Source of the DNA: the human T2T-CHM13v2.0 reference genome, Homo sapiens
NCBI RefSeq assembly: GCF_009914755.1
Contig: NC_060947.1
DNA length: 64,000 nt
Strand: one strand, 5' to 3'
The notes beneath the pieces were generated by a model. That model ran no database searches. It saw only the letters and a program-made list of their open reading frames with translations, and was not told the origin of the DNA. Numbering within the stretch: position 1 is the first letter of the stretch; each line of letters opens with the position of its first letter. Below are positions 33,483-53,083 of the stretch, in pieces. Both the position numbers and the translations under genes were made by a program.

Positions 33483-34588
33483 TAAGTTGTGACAGTTTTT
33501 TTCATAAATAGCATTATGTAATTTCTACTCAGCAAGTTTGCATATTTCGTGGTGTAGGGAATCTAAATTAGCAGGAAGAATGTTATAGTAAAATCAATGT
33601 TAGACTCCATTAGTGCCACTGAGTCACTCTGGGCAAGTTATTTAACTCATGTGAGTTTGGTGTTTCCCATCTGAAAAATGGGATAATGCTGTGCTTGACT
33701 TGCAGCCAGTAGAAGTTACTGCTATTTGGAGTTGGGCTACACAATACTTAATTGCCTTTGGATGCACTATGTTAGTAGAGCCTGCACGTGCTGACTCCTG
33801 ACTCTCTTCCCTTCCATTGAATATCAGTGGGAACAATTGGATAGGTTAAAGTGAGATATTTTCTTTTGCTGTTTTGAATGAACAGAGGAAAGAAATAGTA
33901 ATCTTATAAATTTATGCTGTAACCTATTCTTAAATTTTGGTAGTATTTTTATTCAGCTTCCACATATCCTCAACTTGGCAGTTACTGAATCAGGTTAATG
34001 CTTACTTTTTGTAATGTCTCCATGTCCATTCTTACCTTTTCACTTCTATTGTCACCATTACCTTAGTCTGTTTCCTCATTCTCATGCCTAGAGATTATTG
34101 CAGTTTTGCCAAAATATCCTTTTATTGTGTTATTCCTCTGCCTTCAATGACTCACCAGTACTTACAAGATGAATTTAAAATCATTTATTCTAACATTCAA
34201 ATCCCAGTTGAGCTTGACCTCAGTGTAATGTATAAATAATACTTACCTGGAAATTACGCTCTAGCCAGACAAGTGTGCCTGCTGTCTTCTGAACACACCA
34301 TGCCCAGCAGGTGTGAGCAAAGGCTGGGATATGGTATGGTATAAAAGGTGGGGATGGGATTTTGTTTGTAGTTTTATATAATTTTAAATGTTTATGTGTT
34401 GATAATTATGCTTTGCCACCTAAGCTTTTGGCATTCAGGCCCATGCTTCATTTCTATTTTTTAATCCCTAGTAATAAGATAATGTCATATTCATAGTAGA
34501 TCTGAAGTACTTGGCATCTCTTGAATAAACCATAAGTTTTGTGGTATATTGGCACTAATTATGCATCGTTTTTCCTTCCCCCATTCAG

Positions 34589-34712
34589 TGATGCGATAGC
34601 TGAAATTCGAGCTATTTGCATTGAAGAGATTGGCATTTGGATGAAGATGTATAGTGATGCCTTTCTTAATGACAGTTATTTAAAATATGTTGGTTGGACT
34701 ATGCATGATAAG
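34589..34712 (+). CDS. STAG2: STAG2 exon 11 (124 nt; stromalin conservative domain)
   Basis: [17 protein letters not shown]...YVGWTMHDK; donor AAG|GTAAGA. Confidence 0.97.
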
Positions 34713-35523
34713 GTAAGATGTGCCCTTCAGACTGCTTCTTTCTACACATCGGCGTGGCTGTCTGCACCTCTCATTCATGAGTTATCTCCCAGTATGTATA
34801 CCTGGTGACACATTTCTGGAAGCCTCCCCTTTATTCTTTTCTATCTTCTCTGTAAAAACTTATTTTCTATCACATAAAGTCTGCTAGATATTTTTGAATC
34901 CTGGCCACTGATTTAACCATTAATGGTGAATCATTTTTTTGCTGAAATATTACAGTCATGAAGGTAGTAGGAGTGAGGCATTTCTTAGGGCACGAAGAAG
35001 AACCATTACGCTGTTGTTATCTGAGAGCTATATACTTAAAAAAAAAATTATTCAATTTTGATCCTCTCTTTTGACAAACCTGTATCTTAGCCAGATTATA
35101 CCTTACTACTTGGTTTCTGACCTTTTTAATATGTTTTCATTAAACTACCATTCTCTTAGGCTGCCTCTTCACTTGCCTTGAAGAAATTGATTGTATATAA
35201 TTCTTTCCAAACATTACTTCCCATAGTGGAAAATATACTGTGACACATGCTTCTATTGTTTTTCACAATAGATTTGTTCTGAACAAATTTTCAAAAATTA
35301 TCCTTTGAACTACAGAAATAGTAACCCCATAGGTATTTAGTCATAAATGTATGTACTGATTACTATTTTTGCATTATCAAACATGATAGTTTCTGAAGGA
35401 ATGCTATGGTATGAAACATTTAAAATTTTAAAGTAGAAAATATTGTGTACATCTTGAATATTGAAGTTGAAAATACATAGAGTTTTAATGCATTGTCTCA
35501 TCTTTTTTTTTTTTTTTTTTTAG

Positions 35524-35634
<111 letters not shown>

Positions 35635-35717
35635 TAAGAATTTACAAATAACTTGTCATTTGCAAACACTTTTCTCTTGCTTTCCTTTTAAAAATATTTT
35701 AATTTTTTTGTCCTTAG

Positions 35718-35797
35718 GATAGAATTGTGTCTATGACCCTTGACAAAGAATATGATGTTGCAGTACAAGCAATAAAATTACTCACTCTTGTTTTACA
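35718..35797 (+). CDS. STAG2: STAG2 exon 13 (80 nt)
   Basis: DRIVSMTLDKEYDVAVQAIKLLTLVL(Q); donor ACA|GTAAGT. Confidence 0.97.
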
Positions 35798-35949
35798 GTA
35801 AGTATGTATTTGTTGCATATTTGCACTAATGTTCAGATATCTAAATAATATATTAGAGTATTTGGTTCAGACTCATCTAGGTCTAAATTTTAGTAGCTTA
35901 CGTCATGGAGGTTTACAGCTAGAAGTTGAATTTCTTCATGTATAGTTGA

Positions 35950-36305
<356 letters not shown>

Positions 36306-36555
36306 CTAACTGAGCTAGGAATTCATGTGTTCCCATTCTCTTGGCAGATTGATTTCCTTCCTGTTTTTCTGTTTTTGATGCTCTTGAAATAAGCACATCA
36401 GTGTATTAAAAAACATGCTTATTGTATTTTGTTACGCTTTTAGAGTATGAGCATTTATAAGAATGTCTGTTATACTTCTCATAGCACCTTTAAACAATCT
36501 GAATTTAAGACCTATTCTGTGTTAATATCTGATAGTGATGTTATTCATATTTTTC

Positions 36556-37622
<1,067 letters not shown>

Positions 37623-37639
37623 TGAGAGAGTTAAAAATC

Positions 37640-38650
37640 AGAGCCTTCTCATTTCAAAATAATATGACGTTTTATAAAAATACCTAGAAATAAGAAATCC
37701 ACCAGATATATGCAAAGAAACATTAATAAAATGCAACTAAGGGACATAAAAGAAGGCTTGAATTTGGAAAGCTTACCTAGGAAAACTCAGTATTTAAAGG
37801 CTTGTAATCTTCCCATTCTGTATATTTACCACAATGTAAATAGTAAAGGCAAAGGAATTTTTTTTTTTTGGCCATAGCAAGCAAATTGTGACATTTCATA
37901 TGGAAAATTTATCATGTAAGAGTTGCCAGAAGAATATGATACAAACTAATGAGTGAGGACTAGCCCAATGTATTTTTAAGTCATGTATTATAAAATCATA
38001 GTAATTTAAAAATTTTGGTCCTGGTACATGAATAGACAAAAAAGATCAATGAAGCAGAATAAAAATAGAGATGAACACATATGCACCACTAAAATGACCA
38101 TGTAAGGCTTTCATGAGCATGACACAAAAGCTAGATATAAAAGGATCAATGAATTAACTATATAAAAACCTAAAAATGTCTGTATGGCATAAAATACCAT
38201 AAACTGAGAAAACAGATCTCAGATTGGGCAAGATATTTTTGCATCAAAGGAGTTAATTTCTGCAAATCAATTAAAGAAATCTGTAATAATAGGAAAACAG
38301 TCAAATATTATAAATCAGATTATTGACAGAAAAGTATGAATTTAAACATATGAAAAGATGTTGGGCCACACTTACAAACATATATATTAAAGTGAGACTT
38401 TTAAATCTGTTTGCTTGGCAAAGATAGAAAGTGTTTGGTAATTACACTATATTGTTGAGGCTATGACGTAACAGGCCCTTTTACATTGTTGATGGGAGTA
38501 TAAATTGGTCTAAGCTCCTTGGAGAAAAACTTGACAGTATCTGTCAGAATTTCAAATGCTCATGTTCTCTAACAAAGCATTGTTTGTAATAGCAGAATTT
38601 TGAAAACAACCAAGGGTGCATATCACTAGAGGAAGAATTAAATTAGTATG
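37640..38650 (+). mobile_element. Highly decayed L1M ORF2/3' remnants
   Basis: ggtacatgaatagacaaa..gatcaatg..cagaata, aaacatatgaaaagatg, ttgatgggagtataaattggt. Confidence 0.65.
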
Positions 38651-39167
38651 TAAGATAATAGCTAATATAAGCACTTTATATGGATAATTTCATTTAATAC
38701 TGCAGCTCAGTGAGATGGTAGTGGCTATTCCCATTTCTGTGAATCGGACAACATTGCAGTAATTAAAAAGAAGGCAGTTCTACAGATATTGACAATTCAG
38801 GGAACTCACTTACCTTGGAATTTCTTGAGCAGTCTGTTAACTGTTGCATTCTTTAATTTTTAATTATATTTTAAAATCATAAATGTTATACACACATGTT
38901 GTATATAAAAATTTTGAAAGAATTCTGAAATAAAGTAACAGTATGCTACATATATTTCTATAGCTTCTTTCCCACCATCCTCCACAGTACACTAGAAACA
39001 TCTTCTTTCTGATATTTTTATCAAAGGTAATAGACATACCCATTCATGTTGATTTTCAGCCATCTATATACCTAATAATTTAAATTTCTTAGAAACGTTC
39101 CTTTTCAAAAAGTTAAAATGAGTGAACTTCTGTAGAGTTACAGTACTTTAACTTGTTTGATTCAGTG

Positions 39168-39469
39168 TTTTTTTTGTTTTGTTTTTTAGAGACAGGGTCT
39201 TGCTTTGTCACCCAGGTGGTATGATCATGGCTCACTCCAGCCTCGCCCTCCCAGGCTCAATCCATCTTCCCACCTCAGCCTCCTAAGTAGCTGGGACTAT
39301 AGCTACTGTAGTCCCACCATGTCCGGCTAATTTTTTTTTTCTTTCCGTTTTTTGTAGAGATGAGGTCTCATGTTGCCCAGCCTAGTCTCGAACACCTGGG
39401 CTCAAGTGATCCACCCACTTCAGCCTCCCAAAGTGCTGGGATTACAGGTGTGAGTGACCACACCCAGCC
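39168..39469 (-). mobile_element. Alu (AluJ-like)
   Basis: Dimer; TSD tgattcagtgtt. Confidence 0.9.
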
Positions 39470-40493
39470 TGATTCAGTGTTATTTTGTTAAAAACACACA
39501 AGTTATTTTTCCAAGAACAATCTGATATTATATAAAGAGCAATTGAAATCAGTGTGCTTTTGAAACTTGAATTTTAACAATTTAGTTCTTTTTCTCTCAA
39601 AAAGAAGTAATACTTCTTAGACATCAGACTTCTGGAAGCTTTCAGCACAACAGAAAACCAAAAAGTAAAGAGGATCTGTGTGCTTCAACTATCCAGTATT
39701 CTTAGGCTTTTTTCCTCTGGCAGTGGTCCTATGATTTGAATTTACATATAATGGTAAAAACCTAGATTATATATATCACAGTAGACTAGAAGCATATTGG
39801 GAGAGAAAGAGCTGCCAGGGGCCAGGACTCTGAATGCAGTTGCAAGGGAAGAATGCAACAGCGTTTACCCTGGGGTACTGTGGTTGATGGGCCTTAATGA
39901 TGATGATTTATCGAAAATATTTTGTTAGGCTTATTTTGTTCTTTAAAGATAAGAAAAATAAAATGAGCATTACATTTTAGTAAGATTTTTTTCCCCAGTG
40001 ATTGCAGTTAAAGATCTTTGGCACTTAGATTTTAGTTATTTGGGAAAACCACTTGCATTGCCTTACATGGTGTTCAGTACATGGTGGATGAAGCATTTTT
40101 GATTGATGTGATATAAATGGGCCATTAGTATATTTTGATGTAATGTTGTGACTTAATATTACTATGAAATATAAGGAAAGTATTATATTATCTGTGATTT
40201 TTAACTCTAAGCTCTTAGCTTGCTGCCCCTTTACTTTCTATATGGGTTTTCATTATTTTGTCTTCCTTTTCTGTTAGCATCCATGTGACATAATTCTTTT
40301 AAACGTTTATTTGTTTACCTTCTGCATTCACTTTTAATTTTACCTGCCATTTATCTTTGATAGATTTTGGTAGATGGTAATTAAATAAGCTTGATTTGGT
40401 TTTTTTTTTTCCTTTAACACAAATTCATGAAACTTTACAACTTTTTAAAAGTATGAGCATAAGTTTTTGTACTGTTAATATGCTTAGAATTAG

Positions 40494-40640
<147 letters not shown>

Positions 40641-40855
40641 TAAATCTATATATCTGTTACTCATTTTCTAAGGCATACTTTCATAACAGTAATTTGTTAT
40701 GTTATACTTGACATTAAGATTATATATATATAACTTATTTTAAAAATTACTACAGATCATATCGAAGCTTTCACATTTTACTTTTTCCTTTAAAAGTTTA
40801 GATTTCTCCTAAGTTCTTTGATTTATTTTAAGTTAGATCTTTAAAGGGAAATGTA

Positions 40856-41192
<337 letters not shown>

Positions 41193-41301
41193 TTAGAAAG
41201 ATACCTAACTATATTATAATATTAAGACTGATCTCTTCCTAATTGTTTACCCTTTTATTACCTGCTTCAGCATCTAAATATTGCTTATGCTATAATTAGG
41301 C

Positions 41302-41446
41302 TTTTTTTTTTTGAGACAGAGCCTCTCTCTGTTGCCCAGGCTGGAGTGTGCAGTGGTGCGATCTCAGCTCACTGTAACCAACCTCTGCCTCCTGGGTTCA
41401 GGTGCTTCTCATGGCTCACCCTCCTGAGTAGCTGGGACTACAGGCT
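41302..41446 (-). mobile_element. Alu right arm fragment
   Basis: T tail through gggactacagg. Confidence 0.85.
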
Positions 41447-42269
41447 GTATTTAGTCTTCAACTTATTTTTCCTTTCCTTTAGAAAATATTAAAAGGTTCT
41501 TCAAGTATTTAATAAAGTTTGACATAAGAATCCCAAGAATTCTACAGTCTCTTTACTTTTGTGATCCTATTTAACTCAGATTAGGTAGTATGAGTAGAAG
41601 TGTGAATATCTGTTCACAGAAAACAAAGATTGTTATATAATGGCTTTCAAAGAGACTCTTTTGAGCCATATAGATTAAACTTTTCTTGTTCCTATGATGT
41701 TATTAAAATGCCTGTTGGGGGTGCAGCAATTATTAGGAAGAGTAGGTGGTATAAAACATTTACACTACAGTTTTCTATTCATTGCTGTTTAGTGTTAATT
41801 CTCTTTGTTGTTTATGAGGAAAAATGCTCATGCTATCCATAGTAAAAGGACAGTAAGTTGGGGTAATTTTGCCAGAAGGATGGAAGGAAAGTATATGTTT
41901 AGTTTTCAAGATGAATATGTATCATAGATTTTTTAGCATAAATGGTGTAGCTTTGTCAATGTACTACTTTTATGGAAGGCAACAGTTATATAAAATACAG
42001 TAAGGTTTTTAAAAACAAATAGTTTATAACTCAGTACAATTAACTTGAGAAATTAGTTTAAAAGGACTTAGAATTACCATCAAACATGAAATGAAAAAGG
42101 TTTATAGCAATTATTTGCGTGGTGTGCCATGTTGGATGATATTGTACCTACCCAGTTCTCCTTTACTCCTTTGTTAGATCCTTAGATATGAAATTGAAAC
42201 AGTTAATTTTTTTATTAGAAAATTTTTTGTTGTTGTTGTCGTAAAATAAATATTTTACTTTTTTCACAG

Positions 42270-42381
42270 GCTCTTCAGTCGTAGAGATCCAGAGGAGGAT
42301 GGAATGATGAAAAGAAGAGGAAGACAAGGTCCAAATGCCAACCTTGTTAAGACATTGGTTTTTTTCTTTCTAGAAAGTGAG
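42270..42381 (+). CDS. STAG2: STAG2 exon 15 (112 nt)
   Basis: [37 protein letters not shown]; donor GAG|GTTAGT. Confidence 0.97.
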
Positions 42382-42487
42382 GTTAGTTGATAGTATTTAT
42401 TTTATACTTAGGTTCGAAAAATTTTGGAAAAGGGGTTAAAATGAGGCACATTTAAAAAAATATTCCTTGTAGCACAGTAAATTGTGA

Positions 42488-42854
<367 letters not shown>

Positions 42855-43339
42855 ACTTTCTTCTTCTAGTAAGATGTTCAAACAGTAGGATTTATGTATA
42901 GTGCTGAGAATATTAATTTTAAAGTTCAAAATCCTAATTGTCAGTTGGGCTACTCTGCTTACTATTTGTGTGACCTTGGTTTAGCTACTTATTCTTTCAA
43001 AGCCTCAGTTTCCTAGTAAAAAGATGGGTAATAAATTCTTAGTTAACACTGAAATAATCTGTATAAAACTTAACACAGATCTCTAGAACATTGTAAGATT
43101 TCAGATGTTGGTACCTGCCATTGCAATTGTAGATGTAGACTTAAACTAGTCTCCCTAAAGTTGGAAACCTACAATGTTAGCCAGATTTTGAGAGGGCTCA
43201 AAATTTATTTTTGGTGTTCATATTACATACTATTATTTAATTAGTGATCAGGCCTTTTAATTTTCTAGTTATTTCTATATATGGATATATAATTGGTTTT
43301 TTATTCTTTAGGATTTTCTACATTACACCATCAGGTCAT

Positions 43340-44830
<1,491 letters not shown>

Positions 44831-45043
44831 ACAGTAGGGTCATTTAAGCTTCACATAATGAAGAGAATGATTTGCTTATATATTGAATTGACAAACATGC
44901 ATTTTGTGTTTTAATTAACCATTATCACTCCCCTTCAGTTAAAATAAATTCATAGCATACCTAAGAATTGAGAGTAGCTGACTAATACATTAGGTCCAAA
45001 TAAGCAGTAAGTATGTATATAATCTTTTTATAAAATACTTTTC

Positions 45044-45350
<307 letters not shown>

Positions 45351-45627
45351 TTATTATAAATATATATATTTTATATAAAAATAATAAAAAATTTTTTTCA
45401 TATTAATGTTTTAATGATAATTGTTAATGTGTAATGATGCTACCTAACACGTCTTTCTTACAGCAAGCAAACTAAGGCAGTTTCTTCTCTGTCCTTTCAT
45501 CTATTTGACGTCAAAAAATAGATTGCTGTTTGAGAGTTTGTAGATGATGTCAATAAAGTTTCCATTCTTTTGAGTTAAGGCTAGTATGATAATTGTCTAA
45601 GACCACATTGCTCTTTTTAAATTTTAG

Positions 45628-45756
<129 letters not shown>

Positions 45757-46146
45757 TAATTATGATATTTTTGTTTAGACAGTTTTGTAAGTAGATTTTT
45801 ACTCATTCCATTTATTTGTCCTTTTAGTTTTAAGACAATTTGATAGAAAAATCTTACTTCGTGCATAGTTTTGTTTTCATATAAATATTATGCTATGTAA
45901 AAAGATGTAATTGCTGTCAACATTCTTTATTTTTTTGTATCTGGGTTATTTTTTTTACCCAAATGTATGGATCTGTGGTGGATAGATTTGGGATGCTGAG
46001 GGTTTTAGGAAGGTGATGTTTTCTGTGATAAAGTAATGGGATTTTCTTTAGTACCTTAGGGCAGATTCTGTTTACAGGCAGAAGAAACTGTTATGTAATA
46101 ATTACAAGTGGCATATAGGGAGAAGAAATAAGCTAACTCTTTCTGA

Positions 46147-46353
<207 letters not shown>

Positions 46354-46715
46354 TAGCCATGAAACAATTTTGTTTTATTTTTCAGACAACCTTTGCTTAT
46401 AAATTTGTTAGAGGTAAATTTTAAAGCATTAGCAATTTGAGAAATTTGAGTTCTCTGTAATATACTTTTTTAGTTGCTGCAGGAGATATGATTGACAGTC
46501 CCTGCCTTCATGACTGAATGTAGCATACACCATTTGGAATGGTGCAGTTGTATGTTTTATTTATGGATTTGCTTTCTATTTCTTCTAAAATAAAATCAGA
46601 AATAAAAATGGAGATAATTTTTTATTAAAATAGGGAAATTTCTATTTCCTGGAATCAGATTTTAATGCATTATTGTAAAGTTTACATGAACTTGCATTTT
46701 ATACCAACAATTCCA

Positions 46716-46945
46716 CAGGCTTTCAAACTTTTGACTGTAAAGCATAAAAATTCATTCTTATATTGTGACGTATTACACATGAATATGTTTGTGTGTGCAT
46801 AACTGAAACAAAATTTTATCAAAGACAATGTGATGCTTTCTGTGTTTTCTATTTCTGTTTTTTAAAAATTTCTGTTTCTTTTTTGCTAATTGCTGATAGC
46901 AATTTAGTGTTTTGAATTTGTTACTTATGTGTCATGTCCCACAGC
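46716..46945 (+). mobile_element. Probable hAT-Charlie (Charlie4-like) relic
   Basis: caggctttcaaacttttgactg...cataactgaaacaaaa; by-eye resemblance only. Confidence 0.4.
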
Positions 46946-47305
46946 CTAGAGTAAGCAGAAATGCTGGTCAATCCCAGTATTTTATATATAAGCTCTTAAA
47001 CTATATTTCCTATTTTTAACTGATTCTCCTACCATCTGAAGGTAGAGTTGGTTAGTCTTATTGGATATTGATTTTCCCTATAGGACTATCCAAATTTTTT
47101 TTTGTTATTTCAGGTGGCTTTTTGTTTTTATAATGTGTAGTTTTCTCTTTCATGTCACTTTTAGGGTTAATGTTTTATAGTGAAATTTTTGTGTCCATCT
47201 CTTAAAATATAGTTTTAGTAATCATTTTGTATGTTTTAACTAAAACTTGAACACTTAACAGTGCTAATGGGCTTAATAAATACAGAAGTCTTTCTGTTCC
47301 TTTAG

Positions 47306-47434
<129 letters not shown>

Positions 47435-47498
47435 TGAGTTTTTTTTCCCTAAATGCCTCACAGAATATTATAATGCTTTCTTATTGTGATATTTTTAA

Positions 47499-47687
<189 letters not shown>

Positions 47688-47889
47688 TAAAATGTTTTTT
47701 TGGAACGTATTTTAAGAAAGGAAACCTATAGCTTAGGTCTTCTGTACTTTAGTTTGACTTACAGAATGGCGGTAATGATGCTTCCCTTTGCTTCATGCCC
47801 ACAACTGTACCTTCATTCTTAGCTATTATATGACTATGTCACTGATCATTTATAGAGACTGGGGGTGGATAACTAGATAATAACAATTA

Positions 47890-47928
47890 GATGAGATTGG
47901 GCTCATTCAGGGTGGTATGGCCATAGAC
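47890..47928 (-). pseudogene. Tailless 5S rRNA retropseudogene (5' 39 nt) with 14-bp TSD
   Basis: Reverse complement GTCTATGGCCATACCACCCTGAATGAGCCCAATCTCATC matches 5S nt 1-39 at 34/39; GATAATAACAATTA at 47876-47889 and 47929-47942. Confidence 0.92.
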
Positions 47929-48047
47929 GATAATAACAATTATAAGACAAAATCAACTAATATTTATTGAACACTTTTGCTATGTTCTGTGGATTAATGT
48001 AAGCTCTTAGTATATGTTAGCATTCTCACCATAGCCCTATGAGGTAG

Positions 48048-48542
<495 letters not shown>

Positions 48543-48829
48543 TGATAGTCCCTAGCAGTATTTTGAAAAGATGTTCAGGCTTTTCATTCTATGACTCATC
48601 AGGCTACTCCTCCACCAAAATAGGAAAGTGGTAAGAATCTGTGACTCAGAGAAGGTGAAAGCAAAACTAACATCTTTTTTGTTTTGAGAAATGATCTGAA
48701 CAGTTACCTGGTTTTTATTGAACCAGGGCTGTTAAGGAATAGGGTGTTAATGGAACAGAAAAGGAGAGCTAGATTTAGACTAGGTAGCCTAAAAAAAGTA
48801 GAGTATTTCTAAGTGTTTTGGCAGTGTAG

Positions 48830-49147
<318 letters not shown>

Positions 49148-50279
49148 GGGTTTTGATATTATAAAACTTTAATAAGTTATTATTATTATAGCCGCTGCTA
49201 CTGTTGGAGTTTCCTGTGTTTTCTCTTGTATTTCCAAAGAGGCTTAGTGCATAGTACTTAAATACACTTGTATTTTTGTTGTGATTGTTATTTTTTCCAG
49301 AAATATATATTTACATTAAGTTTTTTTGATTAAAATAAAAATTCATAATTGTCAAATTAATGCCATTAGCCTTTTCCACATCACTTTTATCATTAATGCT
49401 GTAAGATCATATGGACTTTGTGATTTCTAGTTTTCTTGTTTTATTAATTACTCATTTAACTTTTATTTGGTGTATATTGTTATTCCGGGCTTATTAAGTT
49501 TTACTAATTGGAGGTTTGTGCAAATATGTTGATGTACGATGATTACATTCTTAGTTAAAAATTTTAATAGCTCTACTCTTGGCTGAATATAATTTTGATT
49601 AGGACAAATTAAAATCAAGCAATGGTTTAATTAAATTTAATTACTTTGTAGAAGAGTTATAGTTTAAAAACAAGTGCTTTTTTGAGAGAACTAGAGTTCA
49701 ACACAGTAGATTGAGTAATGTGTAAGCAATTTTATGTTTCCTGTAGTAAGACTGGTAAAATTTTTCGAAAGTTAAGTTACCCTAAGTTGAAAAGTATATT
49801 AATAGATGTTGATATCCAAATGGGACCAGCATATCTAGTCATTTTTCAGAGGGTTTTTCCCTGTTTATCTGTGATTAGTGTCATATGTCTTCATGATGAT
49901 ATATGTTTAAGGTACTTAGATTTTGTCCTTTAGGTATTGTCCTTCTGATCTTCTTGTCATTTAAGTATTTTATTGTCCTAGTGCATTTATTACTGTGAAA
50001 AAATAGATGCCTTTATAATTTTGTGTCAAGTTTACTTAGAAGAAAAAGAAGAATGTCATTTTCGTTTTTTCTCTCAGTTGTGATGTTTCTATGATAAACT
50101 TGTGTTGACTTACTTCCCCAGCCATATTGCCTTAAATTTGGCCAGATCTAGGTATTGAATGACAAAGTTCATTTGTGGGTTTTGTTATGTTATTTTTCAT
50201 TTTTCAAGGTAATAGTGACATTTTGATAGCCTAGGAGTTTTCACTTTGATGGTTCTTAATGTATAATTAATATTTATAG

Positions 50280-50350
50280 GGTGAAGAACCTGATGAAGAT
50301 GATGCATATCAGGTATTGTCAACATTGAAGAGGATCACTGCTTTTCATAA
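50280..50350 (+). CDS. STAG2: STAG2 exon 21 (71 nt)
   Basis: GEEPDEDDAYQVLSTLKRITAFH(N); donor TAA|GTAAGT. Confidence 0.96.
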
Positions 50351-50545
50351 GTAAGTTGAATTTTGAAGTTCCTGTTTTCTTAAATCTGTAGAAATAAACT
50401 TGCATGTTTTGTGGGTTATGTTAATTTCTAAGCTAATTTGTTGTTGTCGTTGTGGGGGCATTTTAAAGTTTACTGCATTTACTGCATTCTGTTAACAGTC
50501 AAGTCCAAAACAATTGTCATTAGGCTTAGCTTTTTAATAAAACTT

Positions 50546-50579
<34 letters not shown>

Positions 50580-50580
50580 G

Positions 50581-50668
50581 TGCCCATGACCTTTCAAAGT
50601 GGGATTTATTTGCTTGTAATTACAAACTCTTGAAAACTGGAATCGAAAATGGAGACATGCCTGAGCAG
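50581..50668 (+). CDS. STAG2: STAG2 exon 22 (88 nt)
   Basis: [29 protein letters not shown]; T29-ACAG acceptor, weak donor CAG|GTTTTT. Confidence 0.96.
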
Positions 50669-50749
50669 GTTTTTATTTATTTGCTAGTTACACATTTATC
50701 TTTGAAAAGTGAAGTCTTGTGACTTTTAAATTTTAACTGTATCCTTTGA

Positions 50750-50875
<126 letters not shown>

Positions 50876-51692
50876 TAAATATCATTAACTGTTTTCAGCA
50901 AACTCACACATTTAATGAGATCAGTTATTTCAGTGAAATGTTGCTTGTTTCTAATGTACTGTTATTTGTAGTTTGATGTATATTCAGTGGAGAGGATATC
51001 GATATGGTTTGTTTCAAGGTATGATTTTTAATTAAAAATTGTTGTTCACATTTGAAGGTGGCATAATCTGTGGTTTTCTGTATTCTCAAAGTTGGTGAGC
51101 AAGAGCCTTTGAAACAGATATAAGTATTAGATTACATAAATTGAAGATAATAAACCAACTCCCCCTAGATCTTCTTATGCTCTGGTATTGTTTTGGGATA
51201 ACCTTATTCATATTCAAGATCTCTCTAGTGATGTTCCAAATTCATGATCAATCATTTTCTGATTGAATATATAATGTGCCAGCGCCAGCTATTAGTACAT
51301 ATAGAGCTTTTAAAGCTTTACCCATAATGATAATCCTTAATGTGTTTAGTAATTGAACTAAACAGGACTGCCTTTTCCATTTGTAAACTGGAAGCTTAAA
51401 CATTGTACTTGTAGTACTGGATATTACCTTAAATATTGTTTGGGCTCATTTTTAGAAATATCACACAGTTTCTAAGAGTTCTGGAGTTAGGTGTTTGTAG
51501 GCATTTTCTTCAAAAAGTAATCCTCTTGATAATAAGTTTGTGTTGCCTAAACCCACAGAATAATGTTAAATACTTAGAATTTCTCTGGGCTTTTAAGATG
51601 TTGTTATATCTACAAATGGATTTTTCCTCTTGAAAAATCAATATAGTATTGTTAACATTGTGTGCTTCCCGCCCCCCCACCCCCACCACCTT

Positions 51693-51970
51693 CTGAGGCA
51701 GTCTTGCTCTGTCATCCAGGCGGGAGTGTAGTGGTACAATCTCGGCTCACTGCAACCTCTGACTTGCGGGTTCAAGCAATCCTCGTGCCTCAGCCTCCTA
51801 AGTAGCTGAAACTGCAGTCATGCATCTCCACGCCCACTAACTTTTGCATTTTTAGTAGACATGGAGTTTCACCATGTTGACCAGGCTTGTGAACTCCTGG
51901 CCTCAACTGATCCGCGCATTTTGGCCTTCCAAAGTGCTGGGATTACAAGCCTGAGCCACTGTGCCCTGCC
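51693..51970 (-). mobile_element. Alu with C-rich stretch in place of tail
   Basis: Dimer; TSD cattgtgtgctt. Confidence 0.88.
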
Positions 51971-52151
51971 CATTGTGTGCTTTTTATCAAACACTTAGGA
52001 AAAAGTTAATTTAACTAAATGTTAAGCTTGTAGTAGGAACGGTGACTATATTACCATGTATAATTGCTCACCTATGTTGGAAGTTAAAAAATAAACTGGA
52101 AAAAAGGCAGTATTTTTAGTAGAGGAAAGGGATGAATATAAAATTATTTAT

Positions 52152-52452
52152 GGTAAGCCAGGCACAGTGGCTCACGCCTGTACTCCCAATGCTTTGGGAG
52201 GCTGAGGAAGGCCACTCACTTGAAGTCAGGAGTTCGAGACCAGCCTGGCCAACATGGTGAAACCTTGTCTCTATTAAAAATACAAAAATTAGCCAGGTGT
52301 GATGGTATGCACCTGTAATCTCAGCTACTCAGGATGCTGAGGCAGGAGAATTAATTGCCTGAACCCAGGAGGTAGAAGTTGCAGTGAGCTGAGATCATGT
52401 CACTGCACTTCAGCCTGGGCAATAGAGTGAGCTCCATCTCAAAAAAAAAAAA
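52152..52452 (+). mobile_element. Alu (AluS-like)
   Basis: Full dimer with A tail. Confidence 0.9.
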
Positions 52453-52945
52453 CCCAATAAAAATAAAAAGTTTGAGATATTTTAAAGTTTATAGTAATAC
52501 CACAAAATATTTTCCATTCTGAGTTTTTATAAAATACAGCAGTATCCTTCCAACAAGAAATGGAAGATGCTGTTTCTTTTTTATTATTTTATTCCATTTA
52601 TGGGTTGACCACCCTTGAAATAATGTGAGCATGGAGCGTAAATCTTTATTAGCATTCTGTGCTAGTGGCTTTATTAAAGATTGCCATATCAATTATATAA
52701 GTCTTCTCATCCTCTTAATATCCTAAAGCCTTAGGATATTATCTATTAATGTACCTCATATTTTTAAGGCTGCAATTTGGTGAGATTTGTAAGACAAACC
52801 GTCTCTTTGTTTTCATTTCTTATAAATTATAAGGAAGAAATTTAAATCAAATGCAGAAGTAGAGTTAATAAAGCTATGAGATAATGTTTTACATAATTGA
52901 AAACATTTTAAAGAAATGCTGAATTGTTTATACAATATTTTTTAA

Positions 52946-53083
<138 letters not shown>

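Noticed and set aside
34713-34808. Exon-11 read-through ORF with a short hairpin in a slightly GC-richer intron start
   Set aside because: Canonical donor at 34713 is strong; the stem is only about 8 bp; no snoRNA box motifs recognised
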